Both the position numbers and the translations under genes were made by a program. 64,000 nt of DNA from Octopus vulgaris (Eukaryota): NCBI GenBank assembly GCA_951406725.2, contig OX597819.1, forward strand, positions 90,706,001-90,770,000, written 5' to 3'. Shown one piece after another: positions 25,656 to 37,327 of this stretch (the stretch's first letter is position 1; the number at the start of each line of letters is the position of its first letter). The notes under the pieces were generated by a model. The model saw only the letters and a program-made list of their open reading frames with translations, made no database searches and had not been told where the DNA came from.

Positions 25656-27920
25656 ATATGTATAGAGTTGCTCCATCAAATGCTGAGGTAAAAAAGGCCA
25701 TAAAACAGCTCACTAATGGAAAGTCATCTGGGAATGATGGCATACCAGCTGAGATATATAAATGTGGTAGCAATCTCTGGCTGAACAAATTATGTGAACT
25801 CTTCTCCTTAATCTTGGAATCAGGATCAGTCCCAGGGGAGTTTAAAGATGGTTCTATTGTCCATCTTTATAAGTGCAAAGGTAACAAATGTGAATGCGAC
25901 AACCATACGAGTAGCTCCATTTTGTGTGTTGCTGGGAAGATCTTTGGAAGGGTTATCTTAAACAGACTCGATGATGCCCTTGCCAGCTTAGTGTTGCCTG
26001 AATCTCAATGTAGCTTTCAGGCTGGTAGAGGCACAGTGAATACGATTTTCAGCTTAAAGCAACTGCAGTAAAAGGATGGTGAGCACAATCGAAACCGTTT
26101 TGTCACTTTTGAGGATCTAACTAAAGCCTTTGGCAGCGAATCTAGTGATGTTCTCTGGGTTGTCCTTAGAAAGCTAGGTGTTCCCGAAAAGATGCTCAAT
26201 GTCTTCATTTCTTTCCATCAAGGGATGATGGCTTCTGTCAGATCTAGTGGAGAAGTGTCTGATTCATTCACAGTCTCAAAGGGAACAAAGTAAGGATGTG
26301 TTCTTGCACTGCTCTTATTTGCTTTGCATTTCTCCATCATTTTGGAAACAGCATTTGAAGGAGTTAAAGGAGTAAAGTTTTTGAACAGAATCAGTGGGGG
26401 CTTGTTCAACCAACAGCGCTTCAAAGCAAAAACTAAAACTTTGGTGCAAACAGTCTGAGATTTGCTCTGTGCATTTGGAGCACACACTCTTAAGGACATG
26501 CAATAGATTCTAAACAATTTGCATGCAGCGAAGGCTTTTGGTCTGACCATCAGCATCAACTTGTCCATTAGCCCTTTCATGACCATCCTCCTGCTGCTGC
26601 TCCTACCGTATATGTTGATGGGAAAGCATTAAAACTTGTTTTCTCCTCTATTTATCCTGGTTCCATTATGTCCAGTGATGCTAAAACGGATAAAGAAATT
26701 GACTCTAGAATCAGAAAGGCTAGCTCCACTTTCAGTAAGCTTTATGACAGGCTCTGGAACAGCCACGATATATTGTTGAAGGTGAAAGTTGATGTATATA
26801 AGACAGTGGTTTTGACATCATTGTTTTATGGTGCTGAATCTTGGATTCTGTACCAAAAGGACATCAACCAGCTTGGTGATTTACATATGTGATGCTTGCG
26901 TACTATCATCATCATCATCATTTAATGTCTGCTTTCCATGCTAGCATGGGTTGGATGATTTCATTGAGGACTGGCGAACCAGATGGCTGCATCAGGCTCC
27001 AATCTGATCTGGCAGAGTTTCTACAGCTGGATGCCCTTCCTAGTGCCAACCGCTCTGAAAGTGCAGTGGGTGCTTTTATGTGCCACTGGCACAAGGGCTA
27101 GTCTGGCGGTACTGTCAACGGCCACGCTCAGATGGTGTTTTTTACATGCCACCTGCACAGGAGTCAGTCCAGTGGCACTGGCAATGACCTCGCTTGAATG
27201 TTTTGTTCATGTGCCACCGGCACAAGTGCCAGTAAGGCGATGCTAGTAACAATTTCATAATCTCCAACATAAAACCAAGTTACTATATTTATAACAGTGA
27301 GGTACTAACAAAATGCAACATATCAGGTATTGAAGCCACCCTCAAAATACAGCTTAAATGGTCAGGTCATCTCTCACATATGAGTGATATCAAAATTCCA
27401 AAGCAACTTCTCTTTGGCCAATTTCTAACAGGAAAATCAGTTGGAAGGCCACTCTTGCACTTCAGAGCCAAGCTAAAAGTCAATCTGAAGCAATGCAATA
27501 TTCCCTTTTCTTCCTTGGAAAACAAAGCATCAGAACGCAGGACCTGGTACCACTCCTACTTCTCCTCAGTTTAAAGATTTGAGCAAAGTCAACTCAAATA
27601 TTGGGACCAACTTCGTGCAAGCATGAAGGCACACTGGCAAAATGCTGCTCCTCTAAATGGAAATCTTACCTGTCATTGTGGTTTTGTGGCATAAAGCAAA
27701 GCAGGCCTTACCATCCACTCAAGGAAACATGTAGTAAATGATCCACAAATACACAAACAAACAGAATCCTCAACTTGTTCCATTTGCCACAAGGTTTGCA
27801 AGGCACCAGCAGGACTCAGGAGAAACATTCATGTCCATAGATCAGGATTATTTCTTTATTTTACTGAATCTTCATTGATTGTTCACAACGAGATTCCTTA
27901 TTGTTCATAACGAGATTCCA
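25656..27920 (+). mobile_element. Degenerate RTE (BovB-like) LINE ORF2, interrupted by a SINE at 26905-27250
   Basis: KSSGNDGIPAEIYK, IVHLYKCKG, LPESQCSFQAGRGT, FEDLTKAF, GTK*GCVLA, EIDSRIRKASSTF, VYKTVVLTSLFYGAESW, QLKWSGHL, IPKQLLFG, and C-terminal CxC/CxxC...H zinc-finger remains. Many stops. Confidence 0.9.
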
Positions 27921-28372
27921 TCATGTGTATGTATGTATGTATGTATGTATGTATGTATGTATGTATGTATGTATGTATGTATGTATGTATGTATGTATGT
28001 ATGTATATATGTATGTATGTTTGTATGTATGTATGCATGCATGCATGCATGTATGTATGTATGTATGTATATATGCCAGTGCTGGTACCATGTAAAAAGC
28101 ATCCAGCCCACACTGTGAAGTGGTTGGCATTTGGAAGGGCATCCAGCTCTAAAAACCATACCCAAACTGACCTTGCCTGTGCTGGTACCACGTAAAAAGA
28201 CTCAGTACACTCAGTAGAGTAGTTGGTGTTAGGAAGGGTATCCAGCCATAGAAACCATGCCAAAATAGACACAGAAATCTGGTGCAGTTTTCTGCCTGGC
28301 TGGCTCCTGTTAAAGCTATACCAGCATGGAAGGTGGATGTTAAATGATAATGATGATATGTATGTGTGTATG

Positions 28373-28437
<65 letters not shown>

Positions 28438-28484
28438 GTGTGTGTGTATGTGCATGCGTGCATCCATGCATGTGTATGTGTATA

Positions 28485-28722
28485 CAGGGTTAGCCAAAAG
28501 TCAGCCAACAGTAAATCAAAGGTCCATAAATAGTTAATATTCAATTTTATTTATTCCTACCAATTATGAATGTTTAATAATTGAATGCTGTGAGTTAAAA
28601 TCACTGTTTATTTTTTCAACATTTGTTTATTTATTAGCAAAGTCTCATATAAGATAATTTTTGTTTTAATCTTGGAATTAAAAGATTTTGATTTACTGTC
28701 AGGTGGCTTTTGGCAAACCCTG
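28485..28722. mobile_element. Tc1/mariner-type MITE (238 bp)
   Basis: ~36-bp imperfect TIRs cagggttagccaaaagtcagccaacagtaaatcaaa / tttgatttactgtcaggtggcttttggcaaaccctg with TA on both sides. Confidence 0.85.
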
Positions 28723-29304
28723 TATATATCATCATCATCATCATCGTTTAACGTCCGCTTTCCATGCTAGCATGGGTTGGATAGCTCAACTGGGGTCTGG
28801 GAAGCCCGAAGGCTGCACCAGGCCAGTCAGATCTGGCAATGCTTCTACAGCTGGATGTCCTTCCTAATGCCAACCACTCCGTGAGTGCAGTGGGTGCTTT
28901 TTACGTGCCACCGGCACAGAGGCCAGGTGAGGCTGGCAACGGCCACGATCGAATGGCGTTTGTTACGTGCCACCGGCACGGAGGCCAGTCGATGCGGTGC
29001 TGGCTACAGCCATGTTTGGCTGGTTCTCTTACGTGCCACCGGCACTGGTATATATATCTATATATATATACACACACACATACATAAGAAATAATTGAGA
29101 TTCATTTGAATTAGGTACTTAAGTTGAAGCACCAGATCAGTGTGGTATTATCTGTACAAATCAAAATAAGATGAATAAAATCAAAAGAAGCAATGGATAT
29201 CGAGAGGTGATGCAGTACGGCATAAATAAATAAATACAATTTTTTAATCAGTTGGACATAGTAATATAATTTTACTCAAATGCTCTAATAGGGCAAGAAT
29301 AGAG

Positions 29305-29855
29305 AAAGAGTATTTGGTGCCACTAATATAGCTAAGAATATACTACACTTCTAAGAACTGTATGAAGTTTGTTGCGGTCATAGCTTGAAAAGGATTGTGG
29401 TTCGTTTTTAATTTATTAGTCTTATTATCAACTACCAAATCTAAGACTAGAGGACTGTGTCTGTTTAGAATGGAGGGCAGGAGTGAGTTGACAGCACATA
29501 GCTGGGTATGGTCATAAATATTGTCAAGATCTTAGGATTAGTATAAAGTAACTGTCTATAAAGGAGGCTGGGTAGGAGGAAAGAGTATTTGGTGCCACTA
29601 ATATAGCTAAGAATATACTACACTTCTAAGAACTGTATGAAGTTTGTTGCGGTCAAAGCTTGAAAAGGATTGTGGTTCGTTTTTAATTTATTAGTCTTAT
29701 TATCAACTACCAAATCTAAGACCAGAGGACTGTGTCTGTTTAGAATGGAGGGCAGGAGTGAGTTGACAGCACATAGCTGGGTATGGTCATAAATATTGTC
29801 AAGATCTTAGGATTAGTATAAAGTAACTGTCTTTAAATGAGGCTGGGTAGGAGGA
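29305..29855. repeat. Direct tandem duplication, ~274-bp unit x2
   Basis: gaaagagtatttggtgccactaatatagc...gaggctgggtaggagga occurs twice back to back and is nearly identical. Confidence 0.9.
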
Positions 29856-30340
29856 GATCTCAAATCAAGATATTAATTACCAGTTAAAGGGGCAAGATGC
29901 TAATAAAACTATGATGTTGATATAGAGGAAATTATCATGGGGTACTATGGGTGATTGTATATAAAAATATTGTAATGTTGTATAAAGATAAAATTTAAGA
30001 TTATTAAAAATGATATTATAACAAGAATAGATAAAATGTGTATATATACCAATTTTCAACATTAGAAAGGGAAGATTACATAGAATTAGTTTAATATTCA
30101 TTCATGTACTTAATTATTTACTTATTAGGTGGTTTCTATAAAGACTGCTCTGGGTATTTACTTATGGAATACTGGGTTGATAAATCACGTTATCTATATA
30201 TTAATTATAAGCTAAGAATCAGAAAGAAAAAAAGTTGTGCACAGACACATACACATATTTAACTATGTGCTAACATACAAATATACACAAATATTTGTAC
30301 TTTATTATAGGTATGTTATATTCAACTCTCACAGACTTAA

Positions 30341-30561
30341 CCCTTTCGTTACCAACCTGGCTGAAACTGGCTCTGGATCTGAATACAAATGTTTTGTTTT
30401 CATAAGTTTTGAATTAAAATCTTCCATCAAACCTTAGTCACAATTTATGTTCCTAACACTAGCTGAATGATAACTAAGTTATTTTACTAAATTCTTAGTT
30501 ATATTTAAAATCAATTGAAAGAAACACAGAGCATCTCAAAATAAATGCAGTAAGAAAAGGG
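30341..30561. mobile_element. piggyBac-type MITE (221 bp)
   Basis: TTAA|ccctttcgttac ... gtaagaaaaggg|TTAA. An inverted second copy lies at 62350-62565. Confidence 0.88.
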
Positions 30562-31671
30562 TTAAGTAACTAGAAAGTTTATTACTCTATTTAAAAAATT
30601 AACAACTTATAGGGGATAAGAGGTTAATAGGTAAAGGTATCAAAATAAGAAACAAAATAATAAGAAATTATAGAGAAAAGTAAGAAAATATATATAACTT
30701 ACATTTTAAAGAAACAGTATTAAAATTTGAGGTAGGGAGAGATAAAGATAACCCCACAGAAGAAGCAATAGGTATAGTAGTAGTGAGGGCAGTTGGAGGT
30801 ATTCAGACCGAAGGGGTATTTTATAAGTTATAAAGTTACTGGTGCTATTACATACATGATTTTATAGTTTCACAGGGGTATATAATTAGGAGGCTTACTT
30901 ACGTAAAAGCCATTACAAAATATATAATATGATTAGTAGGGTAGAACATCATAGAGAGGAATAAAGAGTTTAATTAACAAAAACATGATGAAGTTAGACT
31001 AATTAGGCAGAATTATTCATAGGATAGCAACTACGTGTACATATCATATACTATACCATATAGCTTATAATATATGTAATGTACTTTAATTCATCATACA
31101 ACTCAATATCCCATGATTTTATTATATATAATACTAGGGGTTAAGTTCACATCAGATATGACACTAAAAATTAATTTCTATCTAGGTTCAAGTATTGCAC
31201 CTATAAATGCTAATTTAGAAAATATTTAAATGTACAGGTGACTCTATGTATGCATGATACCTTTAGGTCTAATCTATTATTAATCAGGTTGCTCTTGTCC
31301 CTATACTTAAAAATCTCATAAGTTTCCATAGAGCACAGCTTGCACCTGTATCGACTATCTCTATAAGGCTGTGCTTTCCTATAATATCCCATTTAAGGCT
31401 AAATTCGATCCCACTTTCCTCCAGTTCCCAACTCTTGCTAGATAAGGACGTACAATTGGCCTTATGTTTGAGCCTAAAAGATGAAAAATGATTGTTAGTA
31501 CTGTAAAGTATAGAAGCCATCTTAACATGGCTAACCACGTAGGGGAGGGGGTGTTACTGTAGCTTTATAGCCCCAGGAGATCGTCGTCTCCAGCTGGCTT
31601 TAGACACCATTTCAGTGCCCTTGAAGTATTTGCAAAGGGAGGCCATCTCTTCCTCACAAGCCTGAGTGATA

Positions 31672-31714
31672 CGCTCGGACTAGTTTCGGGATTTTTGTCC
31701 CTTGTCAACGGGCG
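31672..31714 (-). ncRNA. Type I hammerhead ribozyme, U3-A8 core variant (left-arm copy)
   Basis: Reverse complement of the copy at 33100-33142. Confidence 0.72.
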
Positions 31715-32113
31715 GTAACCACCAGGTCGCGATGAAAGAGAAGGCTGCCTTGCAAATATATAAGAGTTTTTCTAGTGACGTCTGCCACTGATTTCGAAAA
31801 ACTGACAGTAAGCATTATTAAATCTCAGATTGTTAGTACGTTTTTCATATTTATTGAACATCCTACAGTTCTTAGAAGTGTAGTATATTCTTAGCTATAT
31901 TAGTGGCAACATGGACTGTTTCCCTATTCTTGGTCTATTAGAGCATTTGAGTAAAATTACATTAATGTGTCCAACTGATTAAAAAATTCTATTTATCTAT
32001 TTATGTAGCATTTAAATTGATGTAATGATTGCATTGTCCAATTAAATGGAGTCACTTGAAACGGTCATACTGCATCACCTCTTGATATCCTGTTGCTTAT
32101 TTAGATTATATAC

Positions 32114-32151
<38 letters not shown>

Positions 32152-32349
32152 TGTTTAACTGTTAATCCCTACACATTTTTTCTCTCTCCTTTTTTTTTAC
32201 CTCTCAATCCTTTCTGTTGAAGAGCATAGGCTTGAAACCTCAAAGACTTTCCATTCTTTCCAACCGTCAAACTAACACACCTGTCTTCATCTTTTGATTT
32301 CTGTAAATTTGAACTATATATATATCTGGATATCCTGTTGCTTATTTTG

Positions 32350-32412
<63 letters not shown>

Positions 32413-32645
32413 TATACATATGTATATAAGCTATATATATATAATCAAAATAAGCAACAGGATATCCAGATATATATATATAGTTCAAATTTACAGAAAT
32501 CAAAAGATGAAGACAGGTGTGTTAGTTTGATGGTTGGAAAGAATGGAAAGTCTTTGAGGTTTCAAGCCTATGCTCTTCAACAGAAAGGATTGAGAGGTAA
32601 AAAAAAAGAAGAGAAAAAAAATGTGTAGGGATTAACAGTTGAACA

Positions 32646-32691
<46 letters not shown>

Positions 32692-33099
32692 TATACATAT
32701 GTATATAATCTAAATAAGCAACAGGATATCAAGAGGTGATGCAGTATGACCATTTCAAGTGACTCCATTTAATTGGACAATGCAATCATTACATCAATTT
32801 AAATGCTACATAAATAGATAAATAGAATTTTTTAATCAGTTGGACACATTAATGTAATTTTACTCAAATGCTCTAATAGACCAAGAATAGGGAAAAAGTC
32901 CATGTTGCCACTAATATAGCTAAGAATATACTACACTTCTAAGAACTGTAGGATGTTCAATAAATATGAAAAACGTACTAACAATCTGAGATTTAATAAT
33001 GCTTACTGTCAGTTTTTCGAAATCAGTGGCAGACGTCACTAGAAAAACTCTTATATATTTGCAAGGCGGCCTTCTCTTTCATCGCGACCTGGTGGTTAC

Positions 33100-33142
33100 C
33101 GCCCGTTGACAAGGGACAAAAATCCCGAAACTAGTCCGAGCG
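33100..33142 (+). ncRNA. Type I hammerhead ribozyme, U3-A8 core variant
   Basis: CGCCCG-TTGACAA-GGGA caaaaa TCCC-GAA-AC ta GT-C-CGAGCG: stem I 5/6 bp, stem II 4 bp, short palindromic stem III, GUC triplet (predicted cut after 33136). Confidence 0.75.
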
Positions 33143-33382
33143 TATCACTCAGGCTTGCGAGGAAGGGATGGCCTCCCTTTGCAAATACTTCAAGGGCACT
33201 GAAATGGTGCCTAAAGCCAGCTGGAGACGACGATCTCCTGGGGCTATAAAGCTACAGTAACACCCCCTCCCCTACGTGGTTAGCCATGTTAAGATGGCTT
33301 CTATACTTTACAGTACTAACAATCGTTTTTCATCTTTTAGGCTCAAACATAAGGCCAATTGTACGTCCTTATCTAGCAAGAG

Positions 33383-35450
33383 GTGGCCTGAGCTTACAAA
33401 AGGCTAAATACTGCACATTTTCTTCTATGAACACATTGATAAAATCACTGGAAAAATTGGCGATGAGCTTCTCAGTTTCTACTCTTATCTTTGCATCAAC
33501 TTAACTACATAAGTTCAGTATAGCTTTGAACTTACCATGCACTGATTGATAGGCTGTCCTGTGTTTTTGTAAGCTGACAAACAACTGATCTAAAATGATA
33601 TTGAAAGTCCCACATCTGAATTTTTCTCTTGCAGAAAGTGAAACTTCCTCTGAGGTTGATGCTAGATTTGCATCACATTTGATTCTCTTCCTTTGTCTAT
33701 GTGTCATTGATTTAAAGTCTGCGTTTGCGTTTCTTCACATGTTCCTCTTATCCAGTTCCAACCCTTCATACTTATCCTCGTGATTTCAGAAAGTTTTCCA
33801 AGGAATCAATTAGATACACCACTTTATTCAGATCAACTTCAAGTCTTTGAAAAACTTTAATTTTAATTAATTAAATTTAACTAATTTAATTAAACTTTAA
33901 TTAATGTTAAACTGTACAAGAATTAAGTTCTAGATCTTAGCCATTAAAGCAGTTTCATGACAGTCCAATTTGTCTGCCTGTGTCTGAGCTTCATATCTTG
34001 CTTCAGGTGTTTGTTCTAAATTGTCTTCAATATCTTTGAGTGCATTTTGAATTAAGTTATATCTATCAACAAGGGCTTCAATAGTATATGCTCTTGCTGA
34101 TCGACGAGTTTCTGAAAAGGACTTTAAGGTTAGCTTTCTTTATTTCCTTCCCCCAAAATTCAATAAATTTGCCCATCTGTGTGTCAACACACAAAAAATG
34201 TATATATATTTTGAATGGAACCAAAATATCTAACAGGTTCAACACAGTAAGGACCAGCAGTGTGTCCAGCAAGCAAGATTCAACAAATGAGGTGCACAGA
34301 ATGAAAATTGTAGTCAAGTTCATTTCCTTAAACCTGGCTTGCATTTCTGTGTAGTGATCTGGCACTACCATAGAATTGTCTCTGCAGTCTTCAAAATTTA
34401 TATTCTACTTTTAAAGAAATTCTAACTCAGATGTGGATAGTATTTCCACTTTATGAGAACCAGTTGACAGGAAAGTTAAAAACCTTTTCCAGAAATACTA
34501 AAATGCACAAAAACTGTTGGCTGATCAACATGAGCACAGTTTAGATTTAAATCTACAGAAGATGACAAATACTTGGCAGATTTACATTTTGTTACAATAT
34601 GAGTCATATATTTTGCATTCAACAGAACTGTATGACTGCTTACCACTTTTGGGATTGTCAAATACATTCTAGTGATTCATTGGAAATGGGTCAAATTGTG
34701 TAATAAAGATCCATAATTCACCCAAATTCTCATCATACTTAGATCCAATGATCTTTTCATAACCCCTAAGTGCCAGGCCTCTCTAAGCTAGAAATATTGT
34801 TACAGCTACAACATAATATTTCATTCAACTATTTTTTGTTTTCCTGCACTTGTTTTTCCAACTCTCTACTAACATGAGAACATCTCTTACATAAAATATT
34901 AAACAACAACACAAAATCTCTGTGGCATTGTTCATGTGCTTTCATTTTCATCTCTACTATTTGTTCAATCATTAAAGCCATCCTTGATGGAAAACCTGTC
35001 ATAGTGGCTTGACATCAAAGTACAGAAAAGGCAATAAACTGCATTCTTTGATGAGCTGTACAAGATCCACCTTTTCAAATGCTGCTTACCATTGTCACAA
35101 AGAATATAATACATTGAAGTTTGGCCCACCCAGTTTGCCTTCCCATTTTTTATAATGGGGTCAAGATTCTGGGTTCTAAAAGAACATTGATGCATACTTT
35201 TCTCTGGAAAAAACTACATGGCTTTGTTGAAATACCAAGCTGCAATTTGCTATCCATAGTGATTCTTCATCTCCAATCCAATTTTTTGCAGATGCACTTG
35301 AGAATGCAGCTATTTTCCCAAAAGTGACACCTGTTACTGATTCTTCATTAGCTTTTAAGTTTTCCTTTTTCCTAAAGAAAGAAAAATTGGGCAAGGAGTT
35401 GTGTCTTTGCCAATACAGTAACATTTTTTCACTTCTGACTTTGGAAATTT
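33383..35450 (-). mobile_element. Degenerate hAT transposase (ZMYM1-like, TTF-type zinc finger)
   Basis: Fragments RWILYSSSKNAVYCLFC..GFND, AKYLSSSVD..HVDQ, MQARFKEMN, REKFRCGTFNIILDQLFVSLQKH in the order expected for a hAT transposase. Many frameshifts. The left side abuts the PLE palindrome. Confidence 0.78.
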
Positions 35451-35612
35451 TGGGGAAACAGCTGGTATATAGTGATATACAGTGTGAAAATATAATCTGA
35501 ATAAAAGCAAAGAGAAAATAGTCTCTTAATGAAACATGAACTGATGACAGCCATGTAAACCTATTTTGTTTAATCTAGTTGCAGGCATACTAAGCCAGAT
35601 TGTTCACACACA

Positions 35613-36125
35613 CTGTAAATCCTCAAGTATAGTCCGCCCTTGAGTATAATACGCAGGGGATTTTTAGGGGGCTGTACCTCTGAAAAACCTAAACCTTGTG
35701 TATAATACGCACCTCTTCTCTTACTTGAGTCAAGGAGGTCTATATAACATCCTTGGTTTGTAAAAATGTATGCAGTAACTTCCTTTATTATTATTGTATA
35801 TATAACATAATGCAAACGTGTAGCTTTTTTGTGCATTTTGTTTGCAGAAAATAAAGAAATAACAGTAATAACGTTTAATAAATGTTGCTTACTGCAAGTT
35901 ATGGATGATTCTTTTAGGACTTCATTGCTTTCAGGCTTAGCTTAAGGTATTTTCGCACCCGACATCATAAAATGTGTCTGAATAAACATTGCTGGACAGC
36001 AAATAGAGACTTGGACATTGCTTAGAAAATATTTTTCATTTTTAACCTCGTATATAGTACGCACTAGGGATTTTGACCTTTAAATTTTGGGAAAAAAATG
36101 TGGATTATACTCGAGAATTTATAGT
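35613..36125. mobile_element. pogo/Tc2-type MITE, second copy
   Basis: Reverse-complement homologue of 25144-25654 with TIRs ctgtaaatcctcaagtata / tatactcgagaatttatag. Confidence 0.8.
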
Positions 36126-37260
36126 ACTTCTGTTATTCTTATATCTGGGGCATATAAAGAGTCTTGCAGCCAAAGCAGATCAATTTTTTATAGAAAAGAG
36201 TTCATGCAATTAACAGCAAATCAAGGATTACAGATGGAGGATTTCATCTCTATAAAATCACTTTTCTTCAGAATTATGTTTCACTTTCCTGGGGCCTTGG
36301 AAACAAAGAAACATCATAAAGCACTTCAGAAAAATGATTGGTTTGAAAAGAAATTGTGTATTTCATTGATTCCTCAAAACTTCAAACAATCATCTAACAA
36401 TATTTGAGTTTGTAATTCTATTTAAAAATGATGCCTGCAGATATAATGGTTCAAATCATTTTGGATTGCAATGAAGATGTGTTGTTGTTTGTGATGTCCT
36501 TTTTTTCTGTTTAAAAAAATTTTTTGGTTCACTTATTTGCATTTAGGAACTTATTGTAGTAGACATCCTCATAACTAGTGTTAAACAAAGGTAGATGAAA
36601 AATTGATGGCCATAGACAAATAGAAAAATCAAGTTCAGGAACAGCGCAGCAACAGTGACAGGTACTAAATCACAATCATCAGTGAAATTTATTTGTAGGT
36701 GTGGTTGTGTAATAAGTAGTTTGTTTCCCAACCACATGGTTCCAAGTTCAGTCCTCCTGCATGACAATTTAGGTGTCTTCTGCAATAATTTCAGGCTGAC
36801 CAAAGCCTAGCGAGTGGATTTGGTAGATAGAAACTAAAAGAAGGTTGCCATGGTAAGTAGCTTGCTTACCAACTACATGGTTCTGGGTTCAGTCCCACTG
36901 CATGGTACCTTGGGCAAGTGTCTTCTACTATAGCCCCAGGCCAGCCAAAGCCTTGTAAGTGGATTTGGTAGATGGAAAATGGAAGAAGCCCATCGTATAT
37001 ATATATGTGTGTGTGTGTGTGTATGTTTGTACCCCCCACTATTGCTTGACAACCGCTGTTGGTGTGTTTACATCCCTGTAACTTTGCGGTTCAGCAAAAG
37101 AGACTGATAGAATAAGCACTAGGCTTACAAAGAATAAGTCCTGGGGTCGACTTGTTCAACAGAAGATAGTGATCCAGCATGACTGCAGTCAAATGACTGA
37201 AACAAGTAAAAAAAGAATATATATATCTGTAAATGTAATATGTAACAATTATTCGGTATC

Positions 37261-37327
37261 CATGATAAAACTCCGAGTTTCAGATGCCGAGGTGGAAATC
37301 CACGCTGCCATCTCTTCAGTTATCCTG
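37261..37327 (-). ncRNA. Type I hammerhead ribozyme with canonical core and extended stem II, enclosed by a 47-bp inverted repeat
   Basis: Minus strand: caggATAA-CTGAAGA-GATG gcagc GTGG attt CCAC ctcgg CATC t-GAA-ACT cgg AGT-T-TTATcatg. Confidence 0.65.

Larger units (their letters stand above)
29170..33382 (-). mobile_element. Penelope-like retroelement complex (internally deleted; GIY-YIG C-terminal remnant; inverted repeats; hammerheads)
   Basis: 31210-31500(-) encodes HFSSFRLKHKANCTSLSSKSWEL...FSLKWDII / PY...RCKLCSME...LINNRLDLKVSCIH, matching the C-terminus of one PLE endonuclease type. 29190-29360 is an inverted homologue of 31864-32105. Hammerheads at 31672-31714 and 33100-33142. Confidence 0.8.
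31432..33382. repeat. ~1.95 kb near-perfect palindrome (arms ~930 bp, centred on a TA microsatellite)
   Basis: 31432 onward (ctcttgctagataaggacg...) is the reverse complement of sequence ending at 33382 (...cgtccttatctagcaagag). The match continues inward to ~32360/32435 with only scattered substitutions and microsatellite length changes. Confidence 0.95.
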
